Of a stretch of 64,000 nucleotides of DNA, positions 18,673-28,600 are shown piece by piece. Position 1 is the first letter of the stretch. Each line of letters opens with the position of its first letter. A program made the translations under genes and the position numbers. The stretch lies in the NCBI GenBank assembly GCA_030637655.1, contig DAOWGI010000011.1:1-64000 (forward strand). The letters are read 5' to 3'. The notes under the pieces are model-generated. The model was not told where the DNA came from and did not search any database. It saw nothing but the letters and a program-made list of their open reading frames with translations. Origin of the DNA: a candidate division FCPU426 bacterium (GTDB lineage: Bacteria > Oederibacteriota > JAAXVQ01 > JAUVAV01).

Positions 18673-21600
18673 TTGAAACCATTATTCGCTGATTTGAAAA
18701 AACTGTGCCCACAGGTTGACGAAGAGTTGATACAACATCATTTAAATCGTCTGGATGATCGTTATTTCAATCGTTTTGATCAGGATACGATTGTTCGTCA
18801 TCTGAAAGGGTTGGTGAAAATTTCCTCAGACAATCCGGTTGAGATTCTGTTGGATATTCACCATAACAACCGGGTTGAGTTCACAGCCCTGGCCTTTGAT
18901 TATGCTTCGGAATTTGCATTGATTACGGGCATGATGACCGGCTTAGGGCTAAACATTCATTCCGGCGGGATTCATACCTATGCCGCTGTTGCGGCGACAG
19001 AGACCTTGCGTTCGCAAAGGCGTTCGCCTTATTCTGCGCTCAAATCCAAAGTCGACCCTTTAAACCGGCGCCGGATTATTGATCATTTTGCGGGAACTTT
19101 GGACACAAAACTTGAGTTGGAAATCTGGCAAGCTGAGTTTGTCAAACAGATGAAGGGCATTATTCTCTTGCTGGAAAAAGGAACTGCAGAATTTTTAGCT
19201 GAGGCCAAGCATCAGGTGAATGAGAAAGTGGCCAGGCGTCTGGAAAATCTACAACAGGCTGAACAGCCAATACTCTATCCGGTGGAAATTGAGATTGGAA
19301 ATGAGCAAGATTCGTTTACGCGTTTGAAAGTGGTTTCGCAGGACACGCCCGGATTTTTATATGCCTTGAGTAATGCCTTATCTGTTAAAGGGATCTCGAT
19401 TGAGCATGTGCGTATCAATACTGTGGATAACCGGATTGAGGATCTGATTGATTTTGTTGATCAAAAAGGGAATAAGTTGACTGATCAAGCGGAATTGGAC
19501 CAGGTGCGGCTCTCGGTTTTGATAACTAAACAGTTCACTCGTTTTTTAGGCAATGCGCCGGATCCCTATGCCGCGCTTTCGCGTTTTGAAAAGCTGGTGG
19601 AAGATGTGTTGCGGCTGCCGGAACAGGGAGAATGGGTGGAGTTGTTATCCAGTCCCAAAGTCCTGCAAGAATTGGCGCAGCTCTTGGGCACCAGTGATTT
19701 TCTCTGGGAAGACATGATCCGCTTGCAGTATGAAACACTGCTGCCCATGATGGCGCCGCATGTTGAGGATCGGCGCTTTGCGGATTCCATGGAGACCTTG
19801 CCGGACCGCTTGGAACAAGCGCTGGAAAAAGCCGACACCTTGGAAGCGCAATGCCGGCAATTGAATGAATTCAAGGACCAGGAAATATTCTTGATTGATC
19901 TGGATCATATCCTGACCCCGAGCGCTGATTTCAAGACTTTATCGGATTACCTCACCTATTTGGCAACAGTGATTATCCGTAAAGCTGCCCGGTTGAATTA
20001 TGAGGCACTCGTGGACCGGTTTGGCAAGCCACGGACTGTGGCCGGATTGGAGACTCAATACGCAATTCTTGGTTTGGGAAAATTCGGTGGCGCTGCTTTG
20101 GGATATGCTTCAGATATAGAATTGCTGTTTGTGTACAGCGACAACGGCCAAACCGATGGGGACACCTCCCTTGCCAATTCCGAATTTTTTGAGCACCTGG
20201 TCAGAAACACGGCCAAGTTTATCCGGGCCAAACGCGAAGGGATCTTTAATATTGATCTGCGTTTGCGACCGCATGGTGAAGACGGATCCTTGGCCTGCAG
20301 TCTGGAAAATTATTGTAATTATTATGATCCGCAGGGACCGGCGCACGCGGTCGAACGTTTGGCCCTGGTGCGTTTGCGCGCCGTGGGCGGGGACGCGGAA
20401 TTAGGTGCTAAAATTGAGCGCTTGCGGGACGAGTATATCTATGCGGGTAAAAGTATCCGATTTAATGATTTGCGTGAATTTCGTGTCCGGCAGTTCAAAG
20501 AAAAAACCCAAGGCGGTAAATTAAATGCCAAATTCAGTCCGGGCGCGCTGGTGGATTTGGAATATGATGTGCAGATATTACAGGTTATGTACGGACAGGA
20601 TAAAATTGCGCTGCGTACACCGCGCATTCATCAAGCCTTGCTGGGGCTAAAAGAGGCCGGGGTTTTGCAGGAAGTGGAATTCCAAGCCCTTGCTGCCGCG
20701 TATAATTTCCTGCGTCAATTGATCAATGGGTTGCGCATGCTGCGCGGCTCGGCCCAGGATCTCTTTCTGCCGCCCAAAGGAACGGACGAGTATTCGCATC
20801 TGGCCAGACGCATGGGCTATACCGTTTTGGCAGGTGAGGGCTTGGATCCGGGGCAGCAGCTATATCTGGAATTTGAGACGCGAACCGCGGCAGTGCGTGC
20901 TTTTGTAGATCGCCATTTTGGACGTGACTCCCTGCCTGCTGCTGATGTTGGAAATGTGGCGGATTTAATTTTATCCGACAACATTGCCCGGGAATTGCGA
21001 AACAAGATACTGGCTGTTTCAGGTTTTCAGAACACAGAACGCGCGTTTACTAATTTGCGCCGCCTGGCAGGAGATGCCGGACAGCGTGATCAATTTGCCC
21101 GTTTGGCTATTTTGGCTTGTGATAGTCTGCACTTTACACCGGATCCGGACATGGCCCTAAACAATTGGGAACATTTTGTACACGCCTTGCCTGATCCGCA
21201 AGCGCATTTTGAGACCTTGCGTTCCCAGCCCATGCGCTTGGAAATACTGCTAAAGATTTTTTCCAGCAGTCAGTTTTTATCCAATACCTTGGCCAGGAAT
21301 CCGGACTTTTTTAAGTGGGTAACTGATCCTAAAAAACTGCGCCATATTCGGGACTGCCGGGACCATACCTTGGATTTGCTGCAGGTGAGAGAAAAATATC
21401 CGAATGAGCAAGATTGGTTGAATGCGTTGCGCCGTTACCGGCGGCGGGAATTTCTGCGCATTGGTACCCGGGATATTGCGCTGCATGCCTCGCTCCCAGA
21501 GATAACGCGTGAGCTTTCCAATTTAGCGGAGACCTTAATTCAAACTGTGTTGGAGCGAAGTTGGGAAGGATTGCGCGAGGCCGGCAAAGTAACACCGGCC

Positions 21601-22503
21601 CCATGGCAAGCTTGGGAAAAACATTTTTGCATTTTGGCATTTGGTAAATTGGGCGGCCGGGAATTGAATTACAGTTCTGACATTGATTTGGTGGGATTGT
21701 GCGATGATTCGATTACTGTTCTTCGCAATCAGACGGCTCAGGAGATTGGTGAAGATCCGTATGTGCCGGCCATGGAAAGCGTTCGGGGATATTTGTCCCA
21801 ATACACAGAAGAAGGATACATCTACCGGGTGGATTTGCGTTTGCGTCCCTATGGAATCAAAGGGCCGCTCATTCCTTCCTTAAGTAATTTGCTGCACTAT
21901 TATAAAACCTCTGCAGCGCTTAGTGAGATTCAAGCCTTATTGAAAATGCGTCCGGTAGCCGGCAACCTGCAATTGGGATATCAATTTTTGGAACAAGTAC
22001 GCCCTTTGTTGACCGCGCAGCATGATGCCAAGGCTATTGTGGAGTCAGTGGAAAAAATACGTTCCATAGCTTTAAAGCAAAAAAATCATTTTCAACCGGT
22101 CATGGATGTGAAAAGCGGATTAGGTGGTCTGCGGGATATTGAGTTTATGGTCCAGGGATTGCAATTGATACATGCCAAAGAAAATCCGGATATTTTGCAT
22201 GGGAACACCCTGAAAGCGTTGGGCAATTTGGAAGAAGCCGGGATACTGGATAGTCAATTGGCAGAACAATTAAAAGAAGATTATAGCTATATTCGAAGGG
22301 TTGAGCATTATTTGCAAATATTGGAAGATCAGCAAATCCATTCTTTGCCTCAGGACCAGGCAGAACTATTGGCCTTATCCAAACGGATGTCGGGTCAGCA
22401 GAGCAGCGCGGAGCAGTTCCTGGAAGATATAAAAATGCGATTACAGCGTGTAAGAAATTCATATATAAATAATTTTGTTGAAAAATACGCGAATAATAAG
22501 TAG
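18673..22503 (+). CDS. glnE: Glutamine synthetase adenylyltransferase/removase with N-terminal GlnD-like ACT module
   Basis: Two NTase modules (LGKFGGAALGYASDIE..DLRLRPHG; FGKLGGRELNYSSDID..VDLRLRPYG; DVKSGLGGLRDIEF) preceded by ~300 aa containing ACT-like segments (VVSQDTPGFLYALSNAL..ISIEHVRINT). Confidence 0.88.
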   Translation: MKPLFADLKKLCPQVDEELIQHHLNRLDDRYFNRFDQDTIVRHLKGLVKISSDNPVEILLDIHHNNRVEFTALAFDYASEFALITGMMTGLGLNIHSGGIHTYAAVAATETLRSQRRSPYSALKSKVDPLNRRRIIDHFAGTLDTKLELEIWQAEFVKQMKGIILLLEKGTAEFLAEAKHQVNEKVARRLENLQQAEQPILYPVEIEIGNEQDSFTRLKVVSQDTPGFLYALSNALSVKGISIEHVRINTVDNRIEDLIDFVDQKGNKLTDQAELDQVRLSVLITKQFTRFLGNAPDPYAALSRFEKLVEDVLRLPEQGEWVELLSSPKVLQELAQLLGTSDFLWEDMIRLQYETLLPMMAPHVEDRRFADSMETLPDRLEQALEKADTLEAQCRQLNEFKDQEIFLIDLDHILTPSADFKTLSDYLTYLATVIIRKAARLNYEALVDRFGKPRTVAGLETQYAILGLGKFGGAALGYASDIELLFVYSDNGQTDGDTSLANSEFFEHLVRNTAKFIRAKREGIFNIDLRLRPHGEDGSLACSLENYCNYYDPQGPAHAVERLALVRLRAVGGDAELGAKIERLRDEYIYAGKSIRFNDLREFRVRQFKEKTQGGKLNAKFSPGALVDLEYDVQILQVMYGQDKIALRTPRIHQALLGLKEAGVLQEVEFQALAAAYNFLRQLINGLRMLRGSAQDLFLPPKGTDEYSHLARRMGYTVLAGEGLDPGQQLYLEFETRTAAVRAFVDRHFGRDSLPAADVGNVADLILSDNIARELRNKILAVSGFQNTERAFTNLRRLAGDAGQRDQFARLAILACDSLHFTPDPDMALNNWEHFVHALPDPQAHFETLRSQPMRLEILLKIFSSSQFLSNTLARNPDFFKWVTDPKKLRHIRDCRDHTLDLLQVREKYPNEQDWLNALRRYRRREFLRIGTRDIALHASLPEITRELSNLAETLIQTVLERSWEGLREAGKVTPAPWQAWEKHFCILAFGKLGGRELNYSSDIDLVGLCDDSITVLRNQTAQEIGEDPYVPAMESVRGYLSQYTEEGYIYRVDLRLRPYGIKGPLIPSLSNLLHYYKTSAALSEIQALLKMRPVAGNLQLGYQFLEQVRPLLTAQHDAKAIVESVEKIRSIALKQKNHFQPVMDVKSGLGGLRDIEFMVQGLQLIHAKENPDILHGNTLKALGNLEEAGILDSQLAEQLKEDYSYIRRVEHYLQILEDQQIHSLPQDQAELLALSKRMSGQQSSAEQFLEDIKMRLQRVRNSYINNFVEKYANNK

Positions 22504-22526
22504 AGACGTACGATCGTACGTCTCTA
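22500..22526. repeat. GTAG-REP overlapping glnE stop codon
   Basis: GTAGAGACGTACGATCGTACGTCTCTA; its TAG is the glnE stop. Confidence 0.8.
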
Positions 22527-22643
22527 AAACAAAAACACACCTAGTGTTTCAAAACGAAACCCAACCTGTTTTAATATTTAAAAATAAACATATAATTAAA
22601 CCGTTTTATTGAACTGGTATAGTTATTATGATATATTTATTAA

Positions 22644-25600
22644 ATGTCACATATATCTATTAAACAATGGCATCACCCCAGCCGTTGTATCTGGGTGAAA
22701 ACCATATCTTTGTTAGTCATTCTAACCTTTATCTTTCCCTATTTGACCTGGGCTTTGGAAGTGCAAAATTATTCCGGGATGCATACCATTCTATTCAACC
22801 AACGTTTGCTGGAGATTCCGAAAAAATTTGGGACCACGAAACATGCTTGGCAGCATGGTGAGAAAATGGTGGTGCATATACAGGATTTGCATTGCAATTA
22901 TGAGGTGCAAAAAAATATTGCGGGTATTATCCACGAGTTGGCCCGGAAACATAATTTGCGCTTGCTGGCGGTGGAAGGTGCCTCCTTGCCGATCAATACT
23001 ACTAAGCTGCGTTCTTTTCCCATTAAAAAAGTGCGGGATGATGTGAGTGATTATTTTGTCCGGCAGGGCAAGTTATCAGGAGCGGAATACTATGCCATTA
23101 CCAGTGAGTTTCCTATGGCTTTGGAAGGCATTGAGACCGCGGAACTGTATGCGCTAAACAAACGCTCCGTGGAATTTATTCTCACTGATGAAGGCCAGGG
23201 TTATTGTCTGGATTTGCGGGATAATTTAAATATTTTTAAGCCGCAAATATATTCTTCCACCTTACTGGCCTTTGATAAAAAACGAGTGGCTTACCGGGAG
23301 GGGCGCGTTAGCGCGCTTAAATATTGTCGTGGGCTGCGTAAGTATGCCAAAAAACTAAAACTGGATCTGAATCCGTTCCCGAATTTTATAGCGTACAGCC
23401 AGAGTCATGATGCCGTATTTCCGTTGCAGATTGAGGCGGATGATTTGTTCCAGGAGATTGATCGTCTGGATCAAATCATCCGCGAGTATTTTTACACCAA
23501 TAAGATTCAGCGGGATTTGGATGCGCAGCTTAAGCGGCTGGATATTATTGAAAAGCTGCTCAGTATTTCCGTCAGTCCGGAGGAATTGGCAGTTTTTCGC
23601 CAAGAACGCCAGGCGTTCCAAGTACAAACCTTTGTGGATTTTATTTGGCAGCAGAACACAGAAGATGATGTTGAAATTGATCCGGAAGTGTTTGTGTTGG
23701 ACGGGTATCTCGACGCGGCTGTGGATTTTTACCGGGTGGCAGACCAACGTTCCGAGCAGTTGGCGAAAAACACGCTGGCCCGCCTGCAAAAGCACAATAC
23801 CAAAATAGCGGTTTTAGTAACCGGCGGATATCATACTGAACATGTGTTGGCTGCTTTAGAAGCGCAGGGTGTGTCGTATATTTCCATTAAACCAAAAATA
23901 ACAGAACAGGATGTGGTAAATCCCTATTTCAGTTTGCTGCGAAACCGGCAAACTCCTTTGGAAAAGCTGCTCTCCCAAAACCAAAAGGTTTTCACCTTAG
24001 AACCCTTGCTGCCTAAAATGGCGGATCCCAATAAGATTCCTGATGAAGCCACAGACTTAGATGAACGCGAACGCACATTCTCGCGCCTGGCGGATTTGAT
24101 CTTAACTGCCATGACCGCAATGTATCACTTTTTAAGAAATAAACTAGGAGCTGGACTGGCGAGGCGTGTGCAGGAAGCCATGGCAGATTACCCGGACCTA
24201 TTGGTGACCGGTAAAATAAAAATTCATCCCAATCAAACCATAAGTTTTTGGGTGCAAGCTCCAGGTGGGCAGGAAATGCTGGTAGTGTGCACACCGGGCA
24301 ACCGGTCTTTGCCAATCATTGAGGCAGAAGCCCTGCAAGTGGCGGAATTTAAGCAGGAAAAGCTGGTTTTTGTAGGGCAGGGCAAAGCAGCAGCAGTGCG
24401 GGCCAAATTGGATGCAGTGCCGGCCGGGTTATGGGCGGAAATGAATCTGCGCGAGATTGACGCGCTATATCCGGCGCGGAGCATTTTATTTGTGCTGGTC
24501 ACGTGGTTGGATCGCTGTAAGCAGCTTATAGCTGAATGGCAGACACGGATTCATGCCATAGGTGCTGAGTTAAAGGACTGGCCAGGAAAATATTTGCCGC
24601 AAATGGGTGTGGTCCAAATAGAGGGAACAGATATATTTCTGCCGGATGTTCAATGGCCGCCCTGGCTTGCCAGTATGATGGAAAAAGCGGATACCTATAT
24701 GCGTAATGCAGAGATGAAACCGGAAGGTTTGGCGGGGAAGTATTCAGATAAATCACTCCCACTCAAGCGAGACGCGGAAATCAATCATCTGACTGGAAAA
24801 ACAGGCAGGGAGAAATTGCAGGAATTATTGCTGGCGAAGAATAAGCAAAAATTGTATGCAAAGGTTTCCGGCAACCCGGATAAGCACTTATTTAGATCAA
24901 CTGAATCAACAGTTGGACAATATATTGGTGATACAGATGTGAATGGTGCTGTGACAATTCGCGCGGGAAAGAAATTCCCGGCTTTGGGCAGCAAAGGGGC
25001 GGGCTGGAAAGTATACCTAAAAAAAATACGGATACTGAATGATCAAGTCATGGAGTTCGACATTCGCTTGGAAAAAAATGGAGCGACAAAGATACGCCGC
25101 TTTCAAATCGATATGCTGCTGGTGAATGAAAAAACAGGTTTTTTTGAGATTCATGACCGCTTGGCCTTGCACTGTGTGATTGAAATGATTCAGCAGGCAG
25201 AAGATGTCGATTGGCCGGCATTTATGGAGAAGAAGCCTGATTTAAGGGGTTTGACTTTTGGCGAGTTAAAAAAAGGAAAAGTGAATGTCCGGGCCAATGG
25301 TAAAGATTTTGCATTGCATTTGTCAGGGGAGAATGAAGATGGCTGGGAGAATCACATTGTTGATTATGGTTATGAACAAGATACGCCGTTTATTGAGGTG
25401 AAATTAACCAGAGGCCCCAGAGTCAAATTCAGACGTTTTGCGATTCGCGGCCGGCGTCAGCGTGAACAGGTTTTTGATATTCAATTAGTGGCAGAGCGGC
25501 AGTACTTGCATGGCATTTATTTGGATAAAAATGTGTGCCGTCAGCTTTTTAGTAAAAATAGAAATTTGGAAGCGGAAGTTCAAGCCTGCAGTGAATACAT

Positions 25601-28600
25601 CCGGGAAATTGGATTGAAAGCTGTTCCAGACAAGCGGGATAGGCTTTTTTATGCGCAGTTCGAAAAATATGGATTTGATCCCCTGGTCGTGGAGGTGGCG
25701 CTGGAGGCATATCTCTTCGGCCGGACAGAAAACGGCCGGCTGGAAAGTGAGTTGAAAAAGGAAATATTGGAAAAACCGGATGAACATAAGCATTTTAAGC
25801 TCAGCAAGACGATTGCCGCCGAATTGTCTTATGTGCAGGCGGCGGATTCGCCGCGAAAACAATTAGCATCCATAGCTGAACCCAGAGGGATTAAAGTCAT
25901 GAGTGAATTACTTGATCCCCAGGCAGCGGCATTGCCGGCAAATGGGGCTACTGGGCGTTTATGGGAAAAAGATTATGGAGATGATCTGTATATCGGGCAG
26001 ACAAATAAAACAGGCGGTATACACTTGTTTGGCAAGGTGGCCATTTCACCTGTCAGAAAACATGAACCTGGCTGGGATGTCTTTCTGCGCAAAGCCAAAT
26101 GTATTAATGATCATGTTATTGAAGTGAGTTTTTTGGCAAAAAAGGATGAAGAAGAAATCACCCATAGCTTTCAGATAGATACCAAGCGCGTTAATAAAAG
26201 CACCGGGGCTTTGGAAATGGAATACCGGTTGGGATTGCAGTATGTGGCGGATCTTTTAACGGGGCCGGGAAATGCCGGTTGGGAAACCTATTTGGAGTCT
26301 CTGCCGGATTTGAAGGGTGTCTCTTTGGGAATCCTTAATATTCGCAAGTTAAGCGTGAATGTGCGGGGGGAAATCTTTCATTGGCATCTTATTGGTGAGA
26401 GGGAATCAGGCTGGGAGGCCCGCCTGCAAGGCTGCAAATATGTGCGCGGAGCACCGCGCTTGACAGTGCTTTTTAAAAAAGGGGATCGGATAAAAATCAG
26501 GCATTTTAGAATCGATGGATGGCGTGAAAAGGAAAAATGTTTTGATATTAAAGTCGCGGTTGAACAGCAATATTATTACGGTGTTTTATTAAACCAGCGG
26601 GTCGCAGACTATCTTTTTTCAGATGAGCGGGATGTACATTCGGAAATGAGCAAGAGCATATCAGCCTTGCAGGAACAGCGGGCGGCGATTCTGGCAGGGG
26701 AAATTGATCCGCGTAAGCTATTAATCAGCCAGGGTTGTGATCTGTTAGTGGCAGAGTTGGCATTACAGGCCTGGAAAAAAAACCGGGTCCAGCGTAATCG
26801 AATTCCCATTTATAGAATTTTTGCCAACCAGGTTAAAGGAACTGCTAAAAAAGTCCTAAAACTTACTTATAAAAAGATGGCGGAAGTTTATTACAAAAAA
26901 ACCAACCAGTCTGATACCGCCGAGCTTGTTGCCATCTCTCTGCCTGAAGGTGTTGATAAGCTGCTTGAATTGCTTAAGCCGAAAGAGGCAAAAAAAAGGA
27001 TTAGGCAGAGTTTGCGATCCGGTGGAACCCGGAAACTCGATGATTATAAAAATATTTATTTGGGTCAAACAGGTCCGGAAGGAGAAATTTTTCTTAAAAA
27101 GGGCCATACCTTTTCCGCTTTAGGTAAAGGGGACGCAGGTTGGGATACTTACATCACAGAGGCCCGCGTGCAAAATAATCACGTAATTACTTTAGAAGTG
27201 CGCCTGGAGAAGCAGGGGCAAATACGCCGGCATACCTTTCAAATTGACACCCAGCGGTTTAATAAGCGGATCCAGGCCTTGGAAATACTCCCGCAACTGG
27301 GTTTGGACTATATCATGGACATGTTGTCACAAACAAGTTGTGCCGTTTTGAATAAATATTTGCGCGGCATGCCTGAACTTGAAGGTTTGCTTATTGGTGA
27401 CTCGATCACCCAGAGAGTTGAACGAGCTTACGGCGATACAAAATTTAGATGGTCACTGATTGGGGAGAAGAGTCCGGATTGGAAAGTAACATTGAATTCC
27501 GTGCTGCCGGGAAGCAGACCGCGTTTGCAGATCAAGTGTGAAAAAGCAGGGCGAACCAAGATTCGGACCTTTGAAATCACAGATAAATATCCAGGTAGCG
27601 AACTGCTTAATATTAGCTTGGTGGAGGAAAAGCAATATTATTATGGAGTGTATCTGAGCAAGAGCATAGTTGAGTATCTATTGAATAAAAATAGCGCGAT
27701 TTTATCGCAAGTGGATGCGTGCTTGCGCGCTATTGAGGATAATCCGGTAAAATCAGAGCTTGCGTCTTTCCTCGCAGATCGGGGTTTTGATGAGGTGGCT
27801 ATACACTTGGCCGGACACCGGGCTCAGATGGGAGAAACCGGCGCTGTGATGTTGGAGGAGCCTGTTGAGTTGGAGGAAGCGCTGATAACCGCGCAAAAGC
27901 AGAACCTAAAATTGGCAAAATACAGAGACGCAACAGCTTATTATCAAAGACAGACCCTTCCGGGTGCCGGACGAAGTAAAAGACTGCTTGCCATAACAAG
28001 CTTGTCCAGCAAGCTCTGGGATCTGCTTGACTTAAGAACAGCTCAAGCTGCAATTGACAAGCATCTTACTGACAGTGAGCCCCGCTTAATCCCGGAATAT
28101 GAAAACACTTACATTGGCCGTACAGATGAGAATGGGAAAAATTGGTTTGATTCAGATACTCATTTATCATTGCTGGGGATTAGGGAAGAGAGATGGAAAG
28201 GCTATCTTGAAAACGCCCGGGTATGTAATGATCATGTCATTGAACTCAAGCTGAGATTTGAAAAACACGGGCAAACAGAGTATCGTGTTTTTCAAATAGA
28301 TACCCTGAAAATAAATAAACAAAATAAAAGGCTTGCTATTCACTATCGCTTAGGTTGGGACTATATTGCCGATATGCTGGCGGAATCCGCAGATGTTGAC
28401 TGGAGCGATTACTTTCAGAAACTTCGGCAGCTTGAGGATGTCAGTTTAGGCAGATTGCAGAGTCTAACCTTGGCGAAAAAGATTCACGGTGAAAATTATA
28501 TCTGGGCTCTGCTTGGCGGAACAGAAATTGGGTGGGATGCTCGGATTGTGCGCTGTGAGTTGGACGACAATGTGCCAAGTATATGGCTTGAGTTCAAAAA

